64,000 nucleotides of DNA, taken from the IMG/VR virus record IMGVR_UViG_3300046170_000505. One strand, given 5' to 3'. Origin of the DNA: a virus. Of the stretch, positions 19,940 through 30,410 are shown in pieces. The translations under genes and the position numbers were made by a program. The first letter of the stretch is position 1. Each line of letters starts with the position of its first letter. The notes below the pieces were generated by a model. That model had not been told where the DNA came from. It saw nothing but the letters and a program-made list of their open reading frames with translations, and did no database searches.

Positions 19940-21096
19940 GTTTTATTAATCCAGATGATTATGGTATCACGTTTAGTGAGACTAATATAAAAGAAAATCC
20001 TAGATTTTTAGAAGTAGAAAGTGAACCCATACTACTTCAGACTAAGACCGAAAATGGGTTGCTAATAGAAGTTGGGTCTAACGCCAGTTTTGAAATAGAT
20101 TGTAAGAATGCTTGCCAGCAAGGAGTCGCTGCTTCTGGCAGCTTTACAATGATAAATTCATGCACCTTGCCTATAACAGTTACAGGAATGAAGGTGTCTG
20201 ACCCTGTCAGGTTTTCTTTGTTTCAATTCCCAGATTATACTGGAATAGAAGTTTACTCGTCTGGAAATGTAAACCAATTACCTTTCACTATTAATCCAAG
20301 GGAAAAAATAAAAGTGAATACATACTTTCACCCCCTCTATGAAGAAATAAAATACGGAAATGCAGGCACCCCAGAAAATAGAACTGGAGATAAATTTGGC
20401 GCAGAAGTTAGAATGCTCCCAGGGTTCCCTATAATAAACTGCAATAAGGCCCCATGCGACGCAAGCTTTATACTTACAGGCGAATTATTATGCCCCAACG
20501 TAGAACATGACTTGGAATGGCTAGAGAATAAAAGTAACTTCGACCAAGAGTTTGACCAATCATCATTAGAAAATTACGAACCCCCTACTTTTCAAAACGA
20601 ATTTTTCTTAAGAAAAAAACATACATTGCAACACACAAATCAAAGTTCAAGTTCTAGCGTTGAAAACTATTTTAGTGGCATAAGTGGAGCCTTGGAAGCG
20701 TATACTGAATACTTTGAAGAAAATTCATGGTTTGAAACTTATGGTGATTTTGGAATACTTGGAACTTTGCGCGGAGTTTTTCTACATGTATCTGGACTAC
20801 AAAAAAATAACGCGGATAATTCTAAATCAAATTTATACAACATAGGATTTGACCACACAGTAGATGTAAATGATTTCATTAGTTATAGAACTAGATTTTC
20901 AGCAGGAGATTACGAAGAGATTAATTATGAAGGAGATAACTACACAGTTTTAAAAGTGAAAAACCAACCAATTCAATCAATTGATTTAATGACAAATCAA
21001 TCTTTATTTTTAAGAGAAATAAATCCACCTGGGAGTATAGAAATGTTTTTATGCGATGAAGGTGATTTTCAAAACGAAAAAATCTTAGAATCTTAA
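19936..21096 (+). CDS. Tail-associated protein with Ig-like domain
   Basis: FTMINSCTLPITVTGM...LPFTINPREKIKVNTYFHP resembles an Ig-like beta-sandwich; tail operon context. Confidence 0.45.
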   Translation: MSFINPDDYGITFSETNIKENPRFLEVESEPILLQTKTENGLLIEVGSNASFEIDCKNACQQGVAASGSFTMINSCTLPITVTGMKVSDPVRFSLFQFPDYTGIEVYSSGNVNQLPFTINPREKIKVNTYFHPLYEEIKYGNAGTPENRTGDKFGAEVRMLPGFPIINCNKAPCDASFILTGELLCPNVEHDLEWLENKSNFDQEFDQSSLENYEPPTFQNEFFLRKKHTLQHTNQSSSSSVENYFSGISGALEAYTEYFEENSWFETYGDFGILGTLRGVFLHVSGLQKNNADNSKSNLYNIGFDHTVDVNDFISYRTRFSAGDYEEINYEGDNYTVLKVKNQPIQSIDLMTNQSLFLREINPPGSIEMFLCDEGDFQNEKILES

Positions 21097-21097
21097 A

Positions 21098-22117
21098 ATG
21101 AAAAACACATCAAAAATAAATAAAGAAATATTCGCAACAGAACCATCTACTGTTGTTCTTCTTTATGTTGTAGATCTTAAAGATCAGGGAGAATATAGAT
21201 TTCATGCTGGAGAAAATGGATATAATAATCCAATAATTTTCAACGAAAAAGAATACAACTATTACCCCATAAAAGTTGAAGGCTTTGAAATGCATGGAGA
21301 TGGAAAATTGCCTCGTCCAAAATTAACTTTCTCAAATCAGAACGGCAACATATCAATGAGGCTTGGAGTTTTTAAAGACTTTATAAATTATAAGGTTACC
21401 AGAATTAAAACCTTTGTAAGATATATAGATGATGTAAATTTCCCTAACAATGTTAATCCTCATGCAGACCCTGATCCAGACAGCTCATTTGTCGAGGATG
21501 TTTTCTATGTTAATCAAAAAACAAAAGAAGACGATAATGTTGTAGAATTCGAATTAGTATCGTTGCTTGAACTACAAAATGCAAATATACCTGCGCGCAC
21601 AATGTATTCTAATTATTGTGGCTGGCAATACAGAAGTGAAATAGGATGCGGTTATAAAGGCAAACCTATATCTGATCAAAAGAATAAAAGATTTGTGCCT
21701 AGTGGATATACTGGTCAAATGATCGGCGAAGAAGTTTACATCGATCAACCAAACGGAGATTTCGGAGGAGCGGAAACAGGAGACTGGACAAGAAATCAAG
21801 TATATAACAAAGGAGATGTTGTGAAAGTAGAACCATTAGACAGCGATAGAGAAATTTACCCAGTAAATATTTACGTATGCCTTAATGATAACATAAGATC
21901 TAACCCAATTAGAGATACCGAAAACTGGAGACTAGATGATTGCGATAAAACCCTCTGTGGTTGTAGGCTAAGATTTTCTCCAGAAGCCACTGGGGCGGGA
22001 GGATGTTTAAGAATGAATGCGAAAAACAAACCTGGAGATCCTGTTATTTGGACAGAAAACGGTAACGGGCTTCCTTATGGAGGTTTCCCTGGAATAGATC
22101 CGTATGAGTTTAAATAA
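21098..22117 (+). CDS. Minor tail protein L-like (tail tip, Fe-S Cys motif)
   Basis: YRFHAG, YYPIKVEGFE, GKLPRPKLT, VEFEL, CGWQYRSEIGCGY, CDKTLCGCRLRF and YGGFPG match the lambda gpL pattern. Confidence 0.9.
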   Translation: MKNTSKINKEIFATEPSTVVLLYVVDLKDQGEYRFHAGENGYNNPIIFNEKEYNYYPIKVEGFEMHGDGKLPRPKLTFSNQNGNISMRLGVFKDFINYKVTRIKTFVRYIDDVNFPNNVNPHADPDPDSSFVEDVFYVNQKTKEDDNVVEFELVSLLELQNANIPARTMYSNYCGWQYRSEIGCGYKGKPISDQKNKRFVPSGYTGQMIGEEVYIDQPNGDFGGAETGDWTRNQVYNKGDVVKVEPLDSDREIYPVNIYVCLNDNIRSNPIRDTENWRLDDCDKTLCGCRLRFSPEATGAGGCLRMNAKNKPGDPVIWTENGNGLPYGGFPGIDPYEFK

Positions 22118-22829
22118 TTTTCATGAACAAGTAAAAGCGCATGCTTTAGAAAAACCTGAAGAAGAGGTTTGTGGCTTTATTATATTAAACCCAGACAATA
22201 CAATATCAGTAGAGAGAGTAAAAAATGAGAATCCAAATAAAAAACTTTCATTTTCAATATCCCCAAAAACCTTCTTAGAAAAAAAACTTAACAAAAAAAT
22301 ACTAGGAATATATCATTCTCACCCTGAAGGAAATGAGAACCCCTCTCTACACGATTTAAATATATCTCAAGAGCTTGGTATGCCTTTTTTTATATACAGT
22401 ATTCTTACTGACAATTTTTTCTTGCATTTTCCTCACTCTTTTGAGCCTGATGATTTATTAAAAAGACCATATGTCAAAGGTTTTTATGAATGCACTTGCT
22501 TGCTTAAGGATTATTTTATTAAAGAATTAAATATTAATATAACTAGGTGCCATTATAATTATTGGCTTCCTGAATGCGACAAAGAATCCAATAGAATTCT
22601 AGAAAATGTTATGCATTCAAATTTTGTTTACAAACAAAAAAATGAATTAAAAAAACACGACATAATTATTTTTAAAATAAAAAAAGAAGGAAGAAAACAT
22701 GTTGGGGTATATCAGGGAGATGATTATTTTATTCATCAATGCGGAAACAGTATATCTCAAAAAACCCTTTTAGATAAAAGATGGCAAAAAAAAATCAAAG
22801 GAGTGTACAGGCACCCTCAATTAGTGTAA
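22104..22829 (+). CDS. Tail assembly protein K-like (JAB/MPN + NlpC/P60)
   Basis: EEVCG and YHSHP..PS..D JAMM motif, followed by an NlpC/P60-like Cys (YEC) and His (KHVGVY, FIHQ). Confidence 0.9.
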   Translation: MSLNNFHEQVKAHALEKPEEEVCGFIILNPDNTISVERVKNENPNKKLSFSISPKTFLEKKLNKKILGIYHSHPEGNENPSLHDLNISQELGMPFFIYSILTDNFFLHFPHSFEPDDLLKRPYVKGFYECTCLLKDYFIKELNINITRCHYNYWLPECDKESNRILENVMHSNFVYKQKNELKKHDIIIFKIKKEGRKHVGVYQGDDYFIHQCGNSISQKTLLDKRWQKKIKGVYRHPQLV

Positions 22830-22848
22830 ATATAACACAGGAACAAGG

Positions 22849-25800
22849 ATGAAAAATGTATATTTACATGGAGAGCTAGGCAAACGCTTTGGTAAAAAGT
22901 GGGAGCTTAATGTATTTACTCCAGGAGAAGCTGTAAATGCTTTGTTTGCAAACGAACCTGAAATCGAAAGATATTTGTTCAAGAAACAACAAGAAGGAAT
23001 ATGCTATGGAATAAAAAAATCAAACTCTAGAAGTTTTGCTACTGCAGAAGAATGTAATTTGTTAACAGAAAAAGATTTGCATGTTTTTCCTGTGCCTCAA
23101 GGATCTGGAGGTTTTATTACAAGTTTACTTGTTATGGCCGCAACTACGGCAGCATCAATATATATTAGTAAAAAAATGGCGGAAGCCATGGAAAGAGATG
23201 AATCTGTATTACAGGTTCAAACTAAATCTTACTTATATAATGGCACTGAAAACAAATTTCAGCAAGGAGCCACAATTCCTGTTGGTTATGGAAAAATGAT
23301 TGTGGGCAGTAATGTGATATCTTCTTGTAATATAAATTATGATTATAATTCAGAAACCCAAAGGATTTTTAGTTTTAGTAATGGGTTATACAGTTTGATA
23401 CCATCTTATAGCCCACACTATTTTGTTGATCTTGGGCCGTTAGTTTCAAGTTTTGCTAGAAGCGTATTTGATGGAGAGAGTAGGTACAGGATGGTAGATC
23501 CTGCTTTTCAATATATAGCAAGACTTGCGGATGCTACTGAATTCGGCACAATAGACGGTCTTTATGGTGGTTTTGAAAGCGTTGATTCTCAAACAAACAG
23601 AACTGTTAAGATGGAAAAACAAGGTAACTCTATTGGGGGTTATTATTATTATTTTTATAATTTTGCAAAAGGGGTTAACCAAGCATTTCTTGGAAATTTT
23701 GATGAAAATACTGGGAATTGGTATCCTTCCGCAAAAATAACCGATGCAGAAAACCAAAGATATGCTATAACAGAACGAGATGCAATATCATCTTCTTTTG
23801 TCTGCCTGCAAAGCGTACCAATTAAAGAAAGCTCGCAAGGCAATGAAAAAATATTTTATCCGATAATATTTAGCGAAGATAGTTTGCCATATTTAAAAGA
23901 AAACCAAAACGTAAGTCTTACTACAAGATTTTTAAAAGCATTGGGCGCTAGCGCTGAAAATCAACCTGAAACAAATGGGGCATTTCCAGTTCAGGTTGGC
24001 CAAAGATATAGAGGAGGATTAAAATCAAATGGGGTAGGCTGGTATAAATTAGAATCAACATCTATAGCTAAGTCAATTGACTTAGTATCAGAAGGAGAAA
24101 TAGATGGATTCTCTGACAAAAACGGAAAGAAACTGGAATTTGACAGAGAATTTAAATTAAATGACCCAAATCAATCAACAGAATCTTTAAGTTCTGCAGC
24201 TACTCCTGCCCCAACAAGGGAGCCTGATAACGATTACCTTCAGGGTGTTTTTCTTGATGACATTCCAGTAAAAGAAATAAGTTTTGAAACACAAGATGGC
24301 GGTTTAGATGGATATAACATAAATGAATTTGACATAGACATGTCTCTTGGGTCAGAAGATCAAGAATTATTAGAAGATCAATATTTATTTACAGCAAACA
24401 CTAAAGAAATTGGAACAGTATTGTACGGACCAAGAACCGTTAACTTCGCTGAATACTCTTATGCTTTACCATCAAACCCTTTTCAGCAAGGAGTAACTTA
24501 TGCACAAGGAGAAATGGTGACCTATGAAGAAAATAGCGTAACAACCACCTATCAGGTTATGCAAAACACTGATGAAGAATTCTCTAAAAGTGGAGATTAT
24601 CAGTCTGGATCTTTTGTTTATATAGGAGAACCTCCTGACTCAACTTTTTATGAAGCAACTGAATTTATAGACGAATACAAAATATTTTCAGGTGAGCATG
24701 TAACTCATGATGGATCTAATTTCAGCACTTATAGCCCTGATGACACTGTTAGATCTAGAAGATACAATGACACAATGGGTTACTACAAAATGGGGCCTGA
24801 TGCAAATAAATTTCTTGGAACATATAGTAGCGCTATTGACTACAGCAATCAACAAGGTTCAGTTATAATGAATAACGCACTAAGAGGTGGGCCAAACACA
24901 AATGCTGGTATATTTATTATAACAGGAACACAAATGGTACCTGGCGACTCTATAAGTAGTTTTGCTACAGGTATATCTATGGTAGATGAAAGTGATCAAG
25001 AATATATTGATTATGGCAGAGACCCTGTGTATATGATGAGTGAATTTTCTAACGAATTCGTCGGGGGTCAGATTGAATTCATGCCTCAAAAATTAAACGA
25101 AACCGACGGTACATTTTCTCCCGATCCAACTAATGCGGTAACAGTCAATATTCCAACTGAAATTGTTAGTCATGTCGATATAAGTCCTAGTAAGGAACCA
25201 ACTTTATGGAATGAAAAACAATTAACCAAACCTTCAGATCTTGAAGGTATTTTTAGAGAGTTACAGGGTTCTGATTTAGATAATTTAGTGGCAAGAAAAT
25301 TACAAGAAGAAAATTATGAAGCCCATCGGGTAATCAATCCATTAGTAGAGGAAGCTTACGTAAGCTTACAAATAGATGAATTAATGTATGTATACGAAGG
25401 AGATGAAATAAATGTCGAATATAAGATAGGTAAGCTTTGGACTTTTTTATTGTTAGGTTTATCAGCGTATCATATATATAAATCTGTAAAAGCTATACCA
25501 GTAGTGGCAACATATACTGGTTTAGCAGAATCCGCATTGATGGCTCAAAAGGTAGCAATAGCCCCACCACAACCTGCTGCTTCCGCCGCCTTAGCTTTAA
25601 TTACTTCGCATACATTAACTAATGCAGCAAAAGAAACTAGTGACGGAGTAGCTAGCGGAGTTCTGGTAGGAGTATTGGGCATAATATTATCTTTCGTATT
25701 AGGAAATCATAGATTTAAAATAGGAACAAAAGTAGAAAACTCAGGAGAATTTTGGCCCAATAAAGCTAGGTTTAGAATAAAATATGGAAATGAGGGAGAA

Positions 25801-28068
25801 GAATTATACAGTACAGATATTTATTTTTATGGAATCGCAAATTCCTCTTACAGAAAAGATGTTAAAATATATTTTCCGCCAAACCCAGATCAAAGAGATA
25901 GGATTATAAAAGTTTATAAATTAAATAGAGAAAGAAACGCGGTAAAAGAGGGAGAGCAAGCAGCTAGATATAGAGAAAAATTTGCATTAGCTTCCATAAC
26001 AGAAATTACTCCAGTTAAATTAAATTATCCTAATTCAGTTTTAATTGGAACAAGAGTAAATGCTAAAGACGTTTCAACCATACCAAAAAGAACATATTAT
26101 TTAAGAATGAAAACTGTCCAAGTACCATCCAATTACGACAGTGAAAGCAGAAGGTACACTGGTAACTGGAATGGAGAGTTCAAGCCTGAACCTGAATGGA
26201 CAGATAATCCAGCTTGGTGTTTATATGATCTAATATCTAATAAAAGATTTGGAGTGGGCAGGTTTGGTATAAAAGAAGAAAATATTGATAGGTGGACTTT
26301 ATATAAAATAGCAAAATATTGCGACCAAATGGTGCCAACTGGATATAGCCCTAAATACAAAAAAAGAACATTTGCCGAAATTAGTAACCTATCTACCCCA
26401 GAGTTCCTAAAAGAATTTAATTATACTGGAAAAAAATTAGCAATATTTTACGATGACGGAACATACGAATCAATAACAATTTCATCAATAGATAGAAATC
26501 AAAAAACAATGTCATTGAGTGTTGAACCTAAAAACAATCAGTTTAAGTGTGCAGTAGAAATAGATTATCCACTCGTAGAACCAAGATATACTTTAAATGC
26601 ATACATAATGGATAAACAAAATGCTTTTAAATTAATAAATGAATTTGCGTTAATTTTTAGAGCTTATTCCTATTGGTCTGGAGGCGCCATTAATTTCTTT
26701 CAAGACGAAAAGAAAGAGGCTGTTATGCTTTTTTCAAACAACAATATTTCTGAGGCAGGATTTGCTTATTCAAGCACTCCAAAATCATCAAGAACAAACG
26801 CTTGTAATATAAGATACACGGACAGATATAATATGTATCGCCCTAAAATGGAGAGGGCAGAGGATAGAGAAGCCGTCCATGAAAACAACATGATAGAACA
26901 AACTATAGATGGGTTCGGTATAACTTCTCAAGCGCAAGCAAAAAGAGCAACTGAATTCTTGGTAAAATCTGCAAATATGGAAACAGAAATTCTATCTTTC
27001 CAAACAAGTATGATAGGTTCTTATTTAAAGCCTGGAGACGTTATTGACGTGCTCGATAATAAAAGAACCGTAGGTAGGTTTGCTGGACATATAGTAGATA
27101 TACAAGTTGATTCAAGAGGTATGATGGCAGAAGTTACGATTGACCATCCTATGCATACAATTATTGAGCCTTTCAATAAATTAACATGGAAAAATATTGA
27201 AATATACCAGCCATCTGGAAATGAAACAATAGCGTCATTAGATTCAGCTACAGGCGTAACAGATGAAGATATTAATAATATGAGGTTTAAACAATTTGGC
27301 ACGTATCAAGTTTTTGATATAGACAATGATGGAAAAACTTTAAAATTATATAATGATCTATTTACTTTTGTAGAAGGAAGCTTTACTTGGTACGAAGCTA
27401 TTTTAGACGCAAGAGAAAAAGGTGGAAGAGTTGCGCAGATAACTGATGAATCATCTCAACTGCTGTCTGAAATAGTTTTACCCAAAGATCAAATAGCTTG
27501 GCTTGGGGGGTATAATAGAGAAGAACCGCCTCCTGAAAAATTAGTTTGGGAAAACTCTCCAGATTGTAATGATGGAATACAGTATTTTAATTGGGAGAAA
27601 GATTACCCTAAATTTTCGGCTGGCATAGAGACAGACAACCAAGATGAAAATTTTATAGCTGATGATCCTTTTAGTGATTCATTTTTAGCAGGAGACCACC
27701 CAGAGGGATTAAGTGGACATAGATTCATAACTATAAACGGATCGGAAAATGAAGATGAGCATGGAAAATGGAAACATGAAAAACTAAGTCAAAGATTCGG
27801 GTATATATTAGAAAAAATATCAAATGATTCTTTAGAAAAAATAGCAGAATCTGCGGGGACTACTTTTATTTTAAATGACTCAGTAAACTTTGCTAAACCT
27901 AAACAGTATAAAGTTATTAATATAACAGAAGAGTCTAACGGTTTATTTAATATTCAAGCTCTAGAATACGATATAGATAAATTTGATAATATCGAAAAAG
28001 ATATATCAATTAAAAACCCAGAGAATCCTGTGATTTTTACAAGTGATAGTATTTACTATAACGATTAA
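22849..28068 (+). CDS. Fused tail assembly protein I / central tail fibre J-like host-specificity protein
   Basis: gpI-like N-terminus (VYLHGELGKRFG...), IPVGYG, DLVSEGEIDG, WTDNPAWCLYDL, AKYCD, EPRYTLN and LKPGDVI are J-family motifs; C-type-lectin-like segment near the C-terminus. Confidence 0.9.
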   Translation: MKNVYLHGELGKRFGKKWELNVFTPGEAVNALFANEPEIERYLFKKQQEGICYGIKKSNSRSFATAEECNLLTEKDLHVFPVPQGSGGFITSLLVMAATTAASIYISKKMAEAMERDESVLQVQTKSYLYNGTENKFQQGATIPVGYGKMIVGSNVISSCNINYDYNSETQRIFSFSNGLYSLIPSYSPHYFVDLGPLVSSFARSVFDGESRYRMVDPAFQYIARLADATEFGTIDGLYGGFESVDSQTNRTVKMEKQGNSIGGYYYYFYNFAKGVNQAFLGNFDENTGNWYPSAKITDAENQRYAITERDAISSSFVCLQSVPIKESSQGNEKIFYPIIFSEDSLPYLKENQNVSLTTRFLKALGASAENQPETNGAFPVQVGQRYRGGLKSNGVGWYKLESTSIAKSIDLVSEGEIDGFSDKNGKKLEFDREFKLNDPNQSTESLSSAATPAPTREPDNDYLQGVFLDDIPVKEISFETQDGGLDGYNINEFDIDMSLGSEDQELLEDQYLFTANTKEIGTVLYGPRTVNFAEYSYALPSNPFQQGVTYAQGEMVTYEENSVTTTYQVMQNTDEEFSKSGDYQSGSFVYIGEPPDSTFYEATEFIDEYKIFSGEHVTHDGSNFSTYSPDDTVRSRRYNDTMGYYKMGPDANKFLGTYSSAIDYSNQQGSVIMNNALRGGPNTNAGIFIITGTQMVPGDSISSFATGISMVDESDQEYIDYGRDPVYMMSEFSNEFVGGQIEFMPQKLNETDGTFSPDPTNAVTVNIPTEIVSHVDISPSKEPTLWNEKQLTKPSDLEGIFRELQGSDLDNLVARKLQEENYEAHRVINPLVEEAYVSLQIDELMYVYEGDEINVEYKIGKLWTFLLLGLSAYHIYKSVKAIPVVATYTGLAESALMAQKVAIAPPQPAASAALALITSHTLTNAAKETSDGVASGVLVGVLGIILSFVLGNHRFKIGTKVENSGEFWPNKARFRIKYGNEGEELYSTDIYFYGIANSSYRKDVKIYFPPNPDQRDRIIKVYKLNRERNAVKEGEQAARYREKFALASITEITPVKLNYPNSVLIGTRVNAKDVSTIPKRTYYLRMKTVQVPSNYDSESRRYTGNWNGEFKPEPEWTDNPAWCLYDLISNKRFGVGRFGIKEENIDRWTLYKIAKYCDQMVPTGYSPKYKKRTFAEISNLSTPEFLKEFNYTGKKLAIFYDDGTYESITISSIDRNQKTMSLSVEPKNNQFKCAVEIDYPLVEPRYTLNAYIMDKQNAFKLINEFALIFRAYSYWSGGAINFFQDEKKEAVMLFSNNNISEAGFAYSSTPKSSRTNACNIRYTDRYNMYRPKMERAEDREAVHENNMIEQTIDGFGITSQAQAKRATEFLVKSANMETEILSFQTSMIGSYLKPGDVIDVLDNKRTVGRFAGHIVDIQVDSRGMMAEVTIDHPMHTIIEPFNKLTWKNIEIYQPSGNETIASLDSATGVTDEDINNMRFKQFGTYQVFDIDNDGKTLKLYNDLFTFVEGSFTWYEAILDAREKGGRVAQITDESSQLLSEIVLPKDQIAWLGGYNREEPPPEKLVWENSPDCNDGIQYFNWEKDYPKFSAGIETDNQDENFIADDPFSDSFLAGDHPEGLSGHRFITINGSENEDEHGKWKHEKLSQRFGYILEKISNDSLEKIAESAGTTFILNDSVNFAKPKQYKVINITEESNGLFNIQALEYDIDKFDNIEKDISIKNPENPVIFTSDSIYYND

Positions 28069-28853
28069 TTAATTAAGCCAAGCATTACCCTAGCATCTTT
28101 AGCGTCTATATCAGACCAATCTTCCGCTTTTTTAATAGAATCGTTAGAATATATTCCTTCTATTTTTTCTTGCCACCAAACTTTAATATGGCTTGATTTA
28201 AAGTCAGAAAAAGATTCACAGCCTAAAACTTCTAAAGCTTTGTTTTGAAGAGAAGAAGTTGGGCTTAAAGGATTTGCTGGAGAAGAAGCTTTATATTTGG
28301 GGGTTACCTTGCTTGGGCCGTCTGATTTATCTATTTCATCATCACCCACGATATGAACTTGAAGAAAGTTTCTAACACACCTTACGAAAGCTCTATTGCA
28401 AGCTATGGTCTCTAAAAATTTGGTTGCAAAACTACTTGTATTGTTAAGGGTTGCATTGGCCATGTCTTGAAAAGTTACAGGCTCACCAAATGTTTCATAG
28501 TTTGGAAGAAATGTCATTGTGCAAATAACCGCAACATGTTCTTCTTCACATTTTACTACTTCATAAGATAACTTAGAAAATCCTCTTAGCTTAGCAAGCT
28601 CTTTTATTCCTCCAAGTTTAATAAGGAGCTGATGATCCGCTAAGCCTTCAGTAGATCTTGGTGTATCTTTTCCTCTATTTTGAAACCATAATTTATTAGG
28701 AAATAAATGGTCTTCTTTAACCATAGCTCTCCAATTTATAGAACCATCTTCATTAAATTCGTAGTCAGTATTAATTAATAAACCATCACTGTCTCTTGAA
28801 AATATAGATGGTCCTGATTTGCGCTTAGTATCTGAGCTTTTTGTTCTTGGCAT
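28065..28853 (-). CDS. Hypothetical protein, possibly ssDNA-annealing (Rad52/Sak-like)
   Basis: 262 aa; GIKELAKLRG...ETIACNRAFVRCVRNFL loosely resembles single-strand annealing protein cores. Weak. Confidence 0.35.
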   Translation of the reverse strand: MPRTKSSDTKRKSGPSIFSRDSDGLLINTDYEFNEDGSINWRAMVKEDHLFPNKLWFQNRGKDTPRSTEGLADHQLLIKLGGIKELAKLRGFSKLSYEVVKCEEEHVAVICTMTFLPNYETFGEPVTFQDMANATLNNTSSFATKFLETIACNRAFVRCVRNFLQVHIVGDDEIDKSDGPSKVTPKYKASSPANPLSPTSSLQNKALEVLGCESFSDFKSSHIKVWWQEKIEGIYSNDSIKKAEDWSDIDAKDARVMLGLIN

Positions 28854-30015
28854 AATTATATATATTTAAATGTTGGAATTCTTCCCAAAAATCTTTATTG
28901 TCAATGACTTTTTGATGTTCTTGGGTTTTTTCTATTCCTTGCTTCCATGCTGCTTTACTGCTGTATTTTTTGTTTTTTGAAATTAAGGTTTTATTACTGT
29001 GATAGTATGTATCATCACATAATTCTGAAGTAAAGTCAAGATCTTTTTTGAGATAATCGACGTATTCTTCAACCGTATAATCAAAAAACTTCAAGCGTAA
29101 GTCGGGAAGTTTGTCTTTATGCCTAGAAATTAAATTAAAATTTATACTTAGTTTATTTAAGTTTTCAAAGTATTCTTCATGAAACTCATGTTCTCCTAAA
29201 AATATTGTTAAGCCCGCTATATTATCTTTGAAAAAATTTATTGTATTTATGTCGATAGGCTTATTAATCATTAAGTTAGTTTTTCTTGTTAACCACTTAA
29301 TAAGAGACTCTTCCATAACATCGTAGTCACATCTTAGGTTGATAAGTTTTCCTTGAAAATCATTATCATTTGGAATAAAGTCTGGAATTATTTCAGTTAT
29401 TATATTTTGATAATGATAGCCTATGTTTAGGGTTTCTATATCCGATAAATCATTCTTTATATCAAGTAAATCCAGAACAGCTTTAGCTACTTCTTCTGGG
29501 TTTATTTCATTTACTCTTTTTATGTTTTCATCAAATCTAAAAGATGGTTTTTGCTCTGTAAAATCTGGAGCAAAAAGTTTTACTTCACTATTTTTATTCC
29601 ATATAGGAGAAGCATTTTGAATATAAAGGTTAGAGAATAGGGACACAATTTTTTTATCATAAGCACTGGCTATGTGCATGGGCAAACTATCTATACCTAA
29701 ATGAAGTATTGCGCGCTTAATAATATAAGACATTTGCTTAAAAGAAGCGCCCCTGGTATCTTGGTCACAAAAAGAAGTTTGAGGATCATCAGGACCACCA
29801 ACTTGTATGATCGATATATTGTTCTTTTTTAAATAATCTGTTATTAATCCATAAACAGTGGGCCAATGATCATAATGTTTTGCTTTAACCTTCTCGTTAT
29901 TGGTGTGAAAGGTTATATATTTTTCTTTTAATATTGGAAAAAAATGAGGATCTAAAGTAGGTTCGCCAATTTTTACCCCCAAAGATTTTGCATACTCTTC
30001 AACAAGGTGACTCAT
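28825..30015 (-). CDS. Glycosyltransferase family 9-like protein (C-terminal half) plus unknown domain
   Basis: HLVEEY, KHYDHW, IIQVGG and HLGIDSLPMHIASA match the GT9 heptosyltransferase C-domain signature. Confidence 0.75.
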   Translation of the reverse strand: MSHLVEEYAKSLGVKIGEPTLDPHFFPILKEKYITFHTNNEKVKAKHYDHWPTVYGLITDYLKKNNISIIQVGGPDDPQTSFCDQDTRGASFKQMSYIIKRAILHLGIDSLPMHIASAYDKKIVSLFSNLYIQNASPIWNKNSEVKLFAPDFTEQKPSFRFDENIKRVNEINPEEVAKAVLDLLDIKNDLSDIETLNIGYHYQNIITEIIPDFIPNDNDFQGKLINLRCDYDVMEESLIKWLTRKTNLMINKPIDINTINFFKDNIAGLTIFLGEHEFHEEYFENLNKLSINFNLISRHKDKLPDLRLKFFDYTVEEYVDYLKKDLDFTSELCDDTYYHSNKTLISKNKKYSSKAAWKQGIEKTQEHQKVIDNKDFWEEFQHLNIYNYAKNKKLRY

Positions 30016-30410
30016 GAATATTTTTCGTAAGATTTTTCTTCTTTTAATTCAGAGCCGCACTCTTCGTTAATTTTATTTTTTATGTCAAACCTTTTATCAT
30101 TTGTTATGTACACAGATCTGGCTAAAAAAATAAATTCGCTATCGAAATCTTTTCTTTTTTCCGCAACCCTTATTTGATCTTCTATGTTCCAGAGGGAGGC
30201 GTTCACTTGATAAAGCTCTTCACTTCTTTTCTCAAGATTTTCGTATTTACTTAATTTTTCTTTTGCAATATTGTTTAAATATTCTAATTCAAGTTTTACA
30301 TTTTTAAGCTTTTCTTCATCTTTTATTTTAAAAGATTTAATCTTAAGTATAGATATTTTATCTAAAAGTTCGCCTACTGATATTGGTGTTTCAATTTTCA
30401 TATAATTCAA
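30012..30410 (-). CDS. DUF6165-like protein
   Basis: PISVGELLDKISILKIK...LWNIED.IR...ARSVYITNDKR..IK..IN...EEKSY pattern. Confidence 0.7.
   Translation of the reverse strand: MNYMKIETPISVGELLDKISILKIKSFKIKDEEKLKNVKLELEYLNNIAKEKLSKYENLEKRSEELYQVNASLWNIEDQIRVAEKRKDFDSEFIFLARSVYITNDKRFDIKNKINEECGSELKEEKSYEKYS

Noticed and set aside
12367-22117. Apparent excess of hydrophobic-(S/T)-G tripeptides in tail proteins as a glycosylation sequon
   Set aside because: The enrichment by eye is modest and cannot be separated from composition without a count against background.
27350-27830. Diversity-generating retroelement target (lectin fold)
   Set aside because: No reverse transcriptase or template/variable repeat pair is visible in the window.
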